64,000 nucleotides of DNA. Source: Azolla caroliniana. Lineage: Eukaryota; Plantae; Polypodiophyta. The stretch is taken from the NCBI GenBank assembly GCA_043228905.1, contig JBHGNT010000007.1, forward strand, positions 21,700,001 to 21,764,000, written 5' to 3'. The position numbers were made by a program, and so were the translations under genes. The notes below the pieces were generated by a model. That model was not told where the DNA came from and made no database searches. It saw only the letters and a program-made list of their open reading frames with translations. The stretch's first letter is position 1. Every line of letters starts with the position of its first letter. Below, in pieces: positions 54,157 to 64,000 of this stretch.

Positions 54157-54876
54157 TATATATATATATACCTGGCATATATTGTTTTTGTAGGTAAACC
54201 ATGTATAGTTTATTGCCATACATTTATTTTTCTTCAATGTTGATTGGTGGCATTTATCCTAGCATGTGCAAAGATCCGCTGATAAGGTGAAAAGGCTCAA
54301 GGAAGCCTGAAGTGACAAGAAAGGTTCAAGATATATTTGTGTTTTTAAGAGGCCAAAATGACCTATAATATAATACCAAGCCAGAGATTACATCGATCCC
54401 TATTACGTTGCACACTCTTCTATATAAACAAGCACCGATATGTATTGACAAACAATAAACTTCATATGTCCTCACTTCCATTTCCAACACAGACCTTTCA
54501 CATGCCTCTCTGTATATGAAATTAAGGACTGGTTTACACAATTTCTATGTGCAGATTCCATAGTCTCTCGCATAGGTCATGTCCAAGGCTAAAAAAATAT
54601 GTTGTTACCAATTTTAGGCAGCATAACGCGCAATGGCAAAAAAAAGGATTCATTGGGAATCCCTTCGAAAATTAATCCTATCTTCACTAAGTAGGTCTGT
54701 CCAGATCATGGCATTCTTTCCCTGGCTTAATTTGAGAAAACTATAGTTCCCTTTCAATTAACTTCATCTAGCCACAAACCATGCTCAAATCCAAGGTGTT
54801 GCAATACTGTTGGCAAGTTTATCTACTATACAAAACATCCATATATACTATACAGAACAACCCATTCATCCTCAAG

Positions 54877-57015
54877 CTATCCCTCATTACGTTTCAGTCC
54901 CACATCTTGCTTCTGTCTCTGTGCTTCTGCTTCATAGATATTTGACATTAAAATATATGCATAAGTTTCTGATGGTCGCAAATGTACAACGTGATTAAAT
55001 GCATGTTCAGCAAACTCTACATGGCTATGTGTTTGACATATGCCAAGCAAAGACAACCAAATAGAAGAGTCTGGCTTTACAGGCATCTTTTTCAAAACAT
55101 TCCTCGCTCTTTTGAAGTCCCCTGCGCGACCTAAGAGGTCTAACAAGATGCCATAATGCTTTAAGTTTGGAAATATGCAGCAACCACTACATAATGAAGC
55201 AAAGTAATCTAGACCATCAGAAACAAGGCCAGCATGGCTACATGCAGTAAGAACAGTGGTCAAAAGTATCTCATCAGCTTCAATACCAACTAATCTTAAC
55301 TTATCAAAGATGCAAAGGCTTTTTATGGAGTTACCACCCCACACATGACCAAAAATACACGATGTCCACGTCACATAATCCGGCTCTGAAAGAGTGCCAA
55401 AGAACACTTGACCATCGAGCATACTCGCACAATACCCATATGTATTGATAAGAGAGGCTGCAATAGTATGAACATTATCATATCCAGCACACATAATGCT
55501 GAAGTGAAGTTGTTTACATATATCCAAACATCCTGTTTCACCACATCCTTGCAAACTACAAGTAAAAGTAATCTCATCCATTGTAATGCCAAGTTTTTGC
55601 ATCTCCACATACAACTGCAAGGCTTTATCTCCATGGCCTTGCTCGATGTATGCAGTTAGCATAGAATTCCATGTCGCGAGATCACGATTGTTAATCGCGC
55701 CAAACACAACCTCTGCCTCTAGCACAGCCCCACATTTTGCATACATATTGACAAGAGCAGTGGTAACAAAAGCACTCCACATATAAGACATCTTACAAGC
55801 ATCTGCATGCAAGGTTTGTCCCATTATGAAAGATGCTGATCGCACAGTTTTTCGTTTTGAAATGAAAACTTTTTCTCTGTCTGCAAGAATTCCACATGCT
55901 TGAAGCAAGATCATAACTGTAAGATGATCTGGGGTTTCACCTTCTTCTTGCATTTGTCTATACAAGGAAAGGGTTTTTTCTGCTTGACCACGTTCGATGT
56001 ATGCCGAGAGCATAGTGTTCCACGCAACTATATTCCGGTCCAATAGGCCAGCAAATGCAACTTCAGCTTCTTTAATTGCCCCACATTTAGTATACATACT
56101 GATAAGACTATTCCCAACAAAAGGGTTTCTTAGAAACCCCTTGTTACTAGCTTCATTGTGCAATTTCTTAGCTTGATCCAAGTCACCTATACTACCACAT
56201 GCTTGGAACAAGCTAACAAAAGTGAAGTGATTTGGCTCGATGCCATCTTTTTGCATGTGCTGATAAAGTCTCAGAGCGTCATGGCCATGCCCAAGCTCTG
56301 CATAAGAAGAAATCATGGCACTCCAGGAGAACACAGTCCGTCTCGATAATGTAATCGATGCTTCAATCGCTTCTTCGATGGCACCACATTTGGCAAGTGC
56401 AACTACCAAATAATCACCTAGCAAACCTCTCAACTCTATACCATGTCTTGCAATGTGACTATATACTTGTTTGGCATAGAACAAAGATTTGCTATGGATG
56501 CAAGACTTAAGGAGAGACATATACCTCTCAGTAGACAGAGGCATGTGCAAACCCAATGATTCATCCATGTGTAAATACATTGCTTCATCCATGTGTTCTG
56601 ATCCAGAGCTATACTTACTATATTGTTTTTTCTTATTTGTTCCAAAAGCATCATCAGAAGCCCTAAAATCTGCATTTCCCATATGCTTGAGCTCCTGTCC
56701 AAGGGCATCATCAGAAACCCTAGAATATCCATATTCCTGATGTCTGTGCTTCTCTTCCAATGCATCCTCAGAAACCCTGAGATACGCATATCCCGCACAT
56801 GCCCGATTCTTTTCCCATGGTTCATGAGAGACCCCAAAACCTTCTGCAGATCCCTGAAGTTTGTGCTTCTTTCCAAATGCATCATCAGAAGCCCCAAAAC
56901 CATTTGGGGAGGCAGAGAGGAGGTTGTCCGAGTGGGCACAAATCCAGCGCGATAGGAGCCTGCTGTTGTTAATATTAAAGTGTCTGCAGAAGAAAGGATG
57001 GGAGCAAAACACCAT
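54877..57015 (-). CDS. Intronless PLS-class PPR protein with an LL-type motif and N-terminal ~20-aa tandem repeats, ending in the E region (no DYW)
   Basis: 712-aa ORF, clear paralog of the 29351 gene (YLVVALAKCGA...RTVFSWSAMISS; HYGILLDLLGRAG; YAYILMSNIY). Confidence 0.92.
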   Translation of the reverse strand: MVFCSHPFFCRHFNINNSRLLSRWICAHSDNLLSASPNGFGASDDAFGKKHKLQGSAEGFGVSHEPWEKNRACAGYAYLRVSEDALEEKHRHQEYGYSRVSDDALGQELKHMGNADFRASDDAFGTNKKKQYSKYSSGSEHMDEAMYLHMDESLGLHMPLSTERYMSLLKSCIHSKSLFYAKQVYSHIARHGIELRGLLGDYLVVALAKCGAIEEAIEASITLSRRTVFSWSAMISSYAELGHGHDALRLYQHMQKDGIEPNHFTFVSLFQACGSIGDLDQAKKLHNEASNKGFLRNPFVGNSLISMYTKCGAIKEAEVAFAGLLDRNIVAWNTMLSAYIERGQAEKTLSLYRQMQEEGETPDHLTVMILLQACGILADREKVFISKRKTVRSASFIMGQTLHADACKMSYMWSAFVTTALVNMYAKCGAVLEAEVVFGAINNRDLATWNSMLTAYIEQGHGDKALQLYVEMQKLGITMDEITFTCSLQGCGETGCLDICKQLHFSIMCAGYDNVHTIAASLINTYGYCASMLDGQVFFGTLSEPDYVTWTSCIFGHVWGGNSIKSLCIFDKLRLVGIEADEILLTTVLTACSHAGLVSDGLDYFASLCSGCCIFPNLKHYGILLDLLGRAGDFKRARNVLKKMPVKPDSSIWLSLLGICQTHSHVEFAEHAFNHVVHLRPSETYAYILMSNIYEAEAQRQKQDVGLKRNEG

Positions 57016-57051
57016 GCCCTAGGGGGAGGGGGCATAATCTCCACACCTCTG

Positions 57052-57286
57052 AGGAAGAAGAAGAAACAGAGAGTTCGAAGAAGAAGAAGAAGAAGAAGAA
57101 ACAGAGTAAGAAGAAGGAGAAGAAGAAACAGAGAGTTCGAAGAAGAAGAAGAAGAAGAAGAAACAGAGTAAGAAGAAGGAGAAGAAGAAACAGAGTAAGA
57201 AGAAGAAGGTTTTTGGAAATTCACAAGAATACCCCTCTAATCAAATACTTAGAAGAGTTTTGGAAATTCACAAGAATACCCCTCTC
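57052..57286. repeat. GAA-rich tandem repeats and a ~30-bp direct duplication upstream of the PPR gene
   Basis: Repeated GAAGAAACAGAG(AGTTC/TAA) units, and GTTTTGGAAATTCACAAGAATACCCCTCT twice. Confidence 0.85.
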
Positions 57287-57659
57287 ATCATATGTACTTA
57301 AAGACTCTACTCGCCAAAACCAATGAATACCCTTCAAACCTCAGCAACATTGACCGATCGATCGAAAGAGTGTTTGTGAAAAAAATTCTTCTCTTCTTTA
57401 CCAGTGATGATCACTCCACATTTCGGAGCATCTACCAGAATATGACCATCTGCTCCCTCCCCCACAAAATCATCTGCTCACCAACTTGCTTTGGTCAATA
57501 TGTCAAACCGACAGCTCAGCCTACTCTCGAAGACATCCTGAGGTTGCTTTTTTGGTCGTGTCGAGCTTTGTGGTAGGATGCAAGCATTGTGTGGGTGTGT
57601 GTGTGAGAGAGAGAGAGAGAGAGAAAGAAAGAAAGATAGATTATATTATTGTCTTCGGA

Positions 57660-57984
57660 GGTCAAATATGACCTATGAGACCAAAAATATTACATTTCAC
57701 GTGATACGTGTGAAGGTGAGTAGCGACTCTCAATGTTCAAGAACTTTACCCATGAATGTTGCAATCGAGAGTGCACATCATGGTTGTGAGAGAAATTCGT
57801 GCAAGAATTGGGCTCGATCGAAGAGAGGTGGAAAGCATGGTCGAATATGATCAAAGGCAGAGCATTGTATCAAAGTGTGATACTCAGACTCTCGAACTTG
57901 TTTAGGGCAAAGTGTGCATAGTCGGCCACTCTCATCACTTGTGCCCCAACGCCCCGTCTCACATCTCAATGCATGCGAGCTAAG

Positions 57985-57985
<1 letters not shown>
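57660..57985 (-). mobile_element. RTE-like LINE 3' fragment
   Basis: LSSHALRCETGRW...RLCTLC...ESEYHTLIQCSAFDHIR, a Cys/His motif typical of LINE ORF2 C-termini. Confidence 0.7.
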
Positions 57986-58031
<46 letters not shown>

Positions 58032-58075
58032 ACATGTGTTACATTCCATCGCTTTGAAAAATGACCTTATGGTTT

Positions 58076-59672
58076 TGTTGAGATATCAAGCTCAACTAGT
58101 TTAATCTAGTTAGTCAACACATGTAACTTAATAGTTACCTAGATCGAATCTAGTTAATGTGTTGACCTTAAGCCTTTAAATAGGACCTTGTACTTAAGTG
58201 GGATATTCTAGATCCTCCACTCTTAGTACATTTAATGTAGGACTTACACATAAGTACCTATGTTCTACCCACACATGTGCACCTTTGCACATGGGTTGTA
58301 TATATACCTCATTGTGGGTATTTTTGTATGTTGATGACACTTTTCAATATAGTCAATCATCCCCCATTTATCTTCGTGTTCATAAGTGTAACTTCCTCTC
58401 TCTCTCTCTTCCTCTCACACACTCTCACGTGCATATCATACTAATCTTCCGCTACTTAACGTAACCATATAATTAGTCTCTAATTAACCATAGTTAATTA
58501 CCTAATTACTTAACATGGTATCAGAGCGCGTGGTTTAGGAAATCCACTAAGCCCACCGCTTATTCGTGATTGTGTGTTCGAGATGCCGACGACAAATCCC
58601 GGCTATTCACTATCCGCTACCGTAGTGCCGCTACGAAGGACGTGTACGTGACCAAGAGAAGAAAAACAAAACAGAAGACACAACAATCAACATGAACACA
58701 CAAATGGGAAGCTCACTCCCTAGCGAAAAGCTAGACCGAAGCAACTATTCATCTTGGGAGTACAAGATGAATCAATACCTTGTCGGCCAAGGGTATTGGA
58801 GCTACATCAACGGCGCACAAGAAAACAAACCCGAAACCACACAACTACCCAACGTGGGAGCAAGGCGCGAGTCGGGTAATATATTGCTTGGCAACATGTG
58901 TAAATGACCACATGCTTAGCCACATTCGTGACGCCAAGACGCCCAAAGAGGCGTGGGAAAATCTCAAGAAGATTTTCGCCGGGGACACATCCGCGCGCAA
59001 GCTTCAACTCCGACAAGAGTTGAACAACATACGACAAAAAGAAATGTCCGTGACAGACTACACCGCCAAGATCAAGAGCATTTGCGACTCTCTTGGCTCC
59101 ATCAACGTCAACATCGACGAAGACGAGATGGTGCAAGTATGCTTGGGCGGCCTCGCACAACGATTCAACCTGTTGAGAACGGCAATCTTGGCAAGAGATA
59201 CCCCTCCCTCGTTCTTCAACCTCTAATCAATGCTATTGGTCGAAGAAAACCACGTTCAATCAAAGACCAACACATCGGAAGGACAAATGCTCTTCTCCGA
59301 TACGGATGGTGCCCATAGACAAGGTCGAAGCGGAACAAGTCAATTCGACCTATCCCACGAATGGAATTCACATTTTCGGCAAGGAAACGGAAGCCATCGA
59401 GGAACCTTCACAAGAAGGGGGAGCTTCCACGCCGAACAAGGTCGGCAAACGAAGCCACCTACGTGCAACTATTGCGGCAAAATCTGTCATCGCGAAGAGG
59501 AGTGCCGAAAAAGACGAAGTGAGTCGGCCTCAACAAGCCGGAAACTCACAAATTACGCCGCGAACGCGGAATACGCAGACTACGGCAGACTCTTCGTGAT
59601 GAGGCATAGAGCGAACTCTATGATGGCCTCCAATTCCGCAAACTCCGCAAGCAACTCCAACTCCGAACACGC
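58076..59672 (+). mobile_element. Copia 5' LTR (58076-58515), PBS and defective gag (from 58692), interrupted by a nested Gypsy
   Basis: TGTTGAGA...TTAACA|TGGTATCAGAGC. gag MNTQMGSSLPSEKLDR is homologous to the 15453 gag and stops just before the protease. Confidence 0.9.
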
Positions 59673-60416
59673 TGTCGTAGTGTATTCCGCACACTACGTG
59701 AAAACCATAAAATAATATATCCGAATTTAGATACATATAAATAAATAAATAATATATCAAAATAATTTATCACGTGCATAGGGCAAGATTCGAACTATGC
59801 ACCTCCACGTAGATAAACCCCAACTTTACCATTGTAATAACTTATCTTTAGTGTTATAAATATAGATTTAATACATATAAGACCTTTATTTTCACATACC
59901 TTTATTAAAAGGTAAAAATCATGTATTCTTTAGAGTGTGAATATTTTATTTACACGTGACATTAAAAGTAACTCATGCACATCTAGCGTGCACGAGCCCT
60001 ATATTTAGAAAATGACAAAGCATCACATGCACATTTAGTGTGCATGGACACTTTAGGTGAAAAAGCATGAAGCCATGCTTAGCCTCTTCCATCTTTATAT
60101 AAGGAGGAGAAAAATATGTATATGGTTGTTGATTAATATACAAGTTTTTGATCAATCTAATATATTCATGGGATTCACGAATTTTGCCATCTAATTGCTC
60201 TTATAATCTAAATATTGTTTTAATTATACTAAACTCGCAGGATTCACGAGATTCTTATCTTATAACTCTTTATACCTATTCTTTACTAGCCTTATTTGTA
60301 TTTTTCTTTCTCCTAGTCCAAAACCTCGGCGGTTCCCACCCGACTCACGCAACGATCTGAAGCCGAAGGGCTCGACATAGTTGGTGAACCCGACGTGAAG
60401 ACCGGGTGGCAAGGAG

Positions 60417-62459
60417 ATGGAAAATCAACCGGAGGCTAGCAACATGATGATGATGTTCGAGCGCATGCTACAAGAACAACGCGCGATGTCGGAGATAGCG
60501 GCATCAGTGGAGCGGCTCGTGCAACGAAACGGGCAATTCAACGGGAAAGACGTGTCGCGGTATCTTCGGGATTACAAGGCGGAGATGCTACGGTGCGGAA
60601 TATCGGAAGGACTGCAAGTGACGTCCTTCAACCGGGTGGCGACCGACGGGCTTCAAGCAAGCATCCATGGGCTACGACAGCAAAATCCGACATGGGAGGC
60701 GTTTGAAGTAGAGCTAAAGAGGACGTTCGCCATCGAGGATTCCTCCAAGGCGACGCGAAGGGGATTCGAAGACTGGGTGGAGACGCCGGACAAGGGATTG
60801 AAGGTCGTTGATGTGTTTTCGGCATTCGAAAGCCGGTTCGGGAGGTTGTCCGCGAGAGATCAAGCTATCCTCGTACCGGACAAGGTGATCATGTTCTTGC
60901 GAGCCGTGGACGTCCGGGACCGGAAAGATCTCGGAGTGCTCTTGGAGGACACGACCACGGAGAGCGGCCTCACCGAAACATGGGAAAGCGTGCGGGATAT
61001 CGTCGCGCGATACACGAAGAGGGGGCAATGGCTTGCCGACGAGGAAAAGAGGGTTTCGGAACCGATTCCGAAACCGAGAACCGGGTTGGAAGACCATCAA
61101 CTGAGGGCTCGAGAGACTACAACCGAGAAGGGGATTGATGCATCTACGGTGGAGCAACTATTGAAGGAGATGGAGAATCTGAAGATCGCGATGGTGAAGA
61201 AGTCGGATGACCGCCCCACAAGCTCCAAGTATACGGACCGACGGTGCATATGGTGCGATAGCGCCGAACACGATCGGAGGGATTGCGACGAGCATAAGGA
61301 GGCGCTACGGCGGGATCTCATCTACTACGAGGGAAACCGGATTCATTCGATGGACTCTCGGAAGCCACTCTGACCGAACTTCCGGAAAGGCGGCATGAAG
61401 AAGGTGCTCGAGGAGGAATTGGCGGCAAGAAGCAACTATGCGACAACCGCAGGAATATGTGTCGGGGAGTCATCGAGAGCAAAGACGTCTTTTTGGCCGG
61501 AAGTTCTAGAAAACACCGAGAAAACCGACTCCAACGAGATCCGAAGCACCGCGGAAGGCGTCCGGGAAGCTACGGGATGGGAGTGCCCTGTCGACAAGAA
61601 TAGCATATACGCCCTGTGTCAATTGCATAAGGTGTATGTGGACGAGAAACGACGACGCACGGAGGATGCGGCCGGGCCATCGAAGATACCGGAAAGTTGG
61701 AACTCCGGAGGTAAGGGAAAAGAAAAGGTGACTCCAGCATTCAAGCTCGCCTCGGACATAGAACAACAAACCGACTTGAAAAGAGTGTTCGAGGAAAGAA
61801 TCTTGGATAGCCGGGTAGATTTCTCGCTTCAGGAGCTACTCGGAATAGCAAAGAAGGAGTTCCACGATCTTCTCGTGGATCTCGTGAAGCGAAAAAGACA
61901 AAGTACGGAGGAAAATGCTCCAAGGGTGAATGTGAACACCGTTTTAATGAACGACACCGAAGTGGAGGACGAAATTCCGAACTCCCACTATACAAGGCCA
62001 CATTGGGCACGCGCGACTACGGAGACTCCGGTCCGAATCGGCAACATCAAAGAAACCGTGCTAGCATTGATTGATCATGGATCGGAGATCAACTTGATGT
62101 CCAAGGAGTTCTACCGGAAGGGGAAGTGGCCTATTAACACCAACCATGGATGGAAGATTCGGGCGGCCACCAAAGCAACGGAAGATCTATTTGCGGCTTG
62201 TCCGGATGTGACGGTCAAGATCGGGGATGTCGAGATTGACCAAAATTTCTTCGTGCAAGATGAGGTTTCACATTCCGTCATCCTCGGCCAACCCTTTATC
62301 ACGGCATCACGGATGGAGACGAAGGTGCTCGATAGCGGTGCGGCTTTTGCGCGAATTCGGAGCCAAAACGGTGGGAAATCCGTCCAATTCCTAACGGTGC
62401 CGGCAAATCACGAAAGGAACAAGAGGGAACTCTTGTCCCAAGTGAGAATGGATTTTTAA
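60417..62459 (+). pseudogene. Gypsy gag-protease with one premature TGA (61371-61373)
   Basis: Two in-frame ORFs; CIWCDSAEHDRRDC knuckle, ALIDHGSEINLM protease and ILGQPF. Confidence 0.88.
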
Positions 62460-64000
62460 AGCGGACTGTTGCAGAGTGGGGAAGTGATAGTCCGAGAAGC
62501 CCTGATACCCCACACAGGAAGAAAACTCTCGGAGCAAAACATGTACGAATCGGTCCGGATGGGGCATCTACGTACACGACCGTAACCGGAGGATTGAAGA
62601 AAGGATACCGACAAGTGGAGGATAAGTTGCGGTCGGCATCAATAATAAAAGAAGATAAAGAAATCGTGGGGATAGTTGAGGAAGTGTTCTATGGGAGCAC
62701 GCTACAACGACTTGGAGAGCTTGCGGAAGATAAAAGCCAAGGGAACCGGGTAGTCCCGGTGGAATCGGTCGAGATGTACGAGATCATTGCGAAAATGGAG
62801 CCGGATACGCTCCGTAAAGAAGAAGCAATGGTAAGTACGAAATACAAGACTGTGGAGAAGAAGGTGAAACCGGCCGTGGGACCACTACCCGCTGATAGCG
62901 AACAAAAGAGGAAAGAAGTCTCGGGAGATCCGACACTTCGGAAGACCGTGGATATCGGACATGCTTTCACGGATGAGACCCGGAAGAAACTTCGGATCGG
63001 TGGAGGTGGGTTCCTATTATAGAAAGAAGAAGAACGGTTTCGCGAGATGTTGGAGCAACACGGCAAAGCGTTTGCATTTACATCAAGGGAGATAGGGTGC
63101 GTCGATCCGAGAATAGTGGAGCCGATGGTGATCTTCACGATTGACCATGTACCGTGGAACCTGAAGCCGATTCCGGTGCCACGAGCGCATATTCCGAAAG
63201 TCATTGACTTGCTCAAAGAGAAGGTGGCGATGGGGATTCTAGAGCCATCAACTGCTCCGTACTCAAATCGATGGTTTACGGTTCCGAAGAAGAATGGGTC
63301 ACTCCGATTTATCCAAGACTTGCAACCGGTGAATAAGGTCACAATCCGGAACTCGGGAGTCGGTCCGGTAGTGGACGAATTTGCGGAAGCTTTTGCCGGT
63401 CGTGCGATATACTCCATCGGAGACCTATACTCGGGGTATGACCAATTCCAACTAGCCGTGGAGAGCCGAGACATCACAACCATGCGAACACCGATAGGAT
63501 TAGTCCGAATGTGCACACTACCACAAGGAGCGACAAACTCGGTTGCTCATATGATGAACGCAATGAACAAGGTGCTTCGAGACTGCATTCCGGAGATAAC
63601 AATGCCGTTCCTCGATGACATTCCGATGAAAGGATGCGCGGTCGAAGAAAAAGATGAGACTATGGATGATCGGGGATGCCGAAAGTTCGTGGTCGACCAT
63701 ATTCATGCTTGCGAGAAAGTGTTGCGAAAGCTAGAAGATGTGCACCTAACACTTTCCGGGGAGAAATCGGCATTTGGGCAAGAAGAAATATTGGTGGTCG
63801 GACATCTATGTGGGCCCTACGGCCGAAGACCGTCACCAACAAAGATCGATGCGATTCAAGCTATGGAGGAAGTATGCGAGTCAACATCCGAAGTCCGAAG
63901 GTTTCTCGGTGCATGTGCATTCTATCACATATGGATTCCGCACTATGCACATATAGCGGACCCGCTCTACCACTTGTTGCGGAAAGGTAAGAAATTCGAA
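62450..64000 (+). pseudogene. Gypsy pol (RT) in the -1 frame, with one stop at 63020
   Basis: LRFIQDLQPVNKVT, DLYSGYDQ, LPQGATNS, MPFLDD, VRRFLG. Confidence 0.88.

Larger units (their letters stand above)
59673..64000 (+). mobile_element. Non-chromovirus-type Ty3/Gypsy element (possibly Phygy-like), 5' portion; continues beyond the window
   Basis: LTR 59673-60377 (TGTCG...CGACA). PBS TGGTGAACCCGACGTGAA at 60382-60399. gag-protease followed by RT. Confidence 0.9.

Noticed and set aside
56436-57224. 262-aa alternative-frame ORF overlapping the PPR 5' end
   Set aside because: Built from a GAA microsatellite and the off-frame repeat region; no recognisable domain.
61371-61373. Programmed stop readthrough between gag and protease (also TGA at 37334)
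   Set aside because: More simply explained as CGA>TGA deamination in methylated, decaying copies.
62689-63516. 275-aa antisense ORF (also 8457-8981 and 60714-61157)
   Set aside because: Shadow frames of GC-rich retroelement coding sequence.

Overview
Eukaryotic nuclear DNA from a land plant, most likely a fern. This is inferred from the fern-type PLS-PPR proteins with LL-like long motifs, the non-seed-plant Gypsy lineages and the abundant microsatellites. Host genes: the first coding exon of a CemA/Ycf10-like (DLDG1-like) gene, a 3-coding-exon coiled-coil membrane protein gene (At5g45310-like), an MRC/PII1-like starch-initiation gene, three intronless PLS-class PPR genes that end in the E region without DYW, and one PPR pseudogene. 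Much of the window is retroelement. There are two full-length Copia elements with TSDs, a full-length chromodomain-bearing Gypsy (Tcn1/sushi-like) with a perfect TSD, a tRNA-Trp-primed Gypsy nested in a truncated Copia and running off the right end, an inverted LTR pair, LINE relics and small DNA-transposon derivatives. The most notable signals are: a tRNA-independent self-priming design in the chromovirus; -1 frameshift sites with pseudoknots in both Gypsy elements; antisense tRNA-like A/B-box modules in the U3 of both Gypsy LTRs; LL-type PPR genes lacking a deaminase domain; and repeated CCAAT-N9-CCACG modules in the MRC promoter. All calls were made by eye, and family names come from recalled similarity, not database searches.
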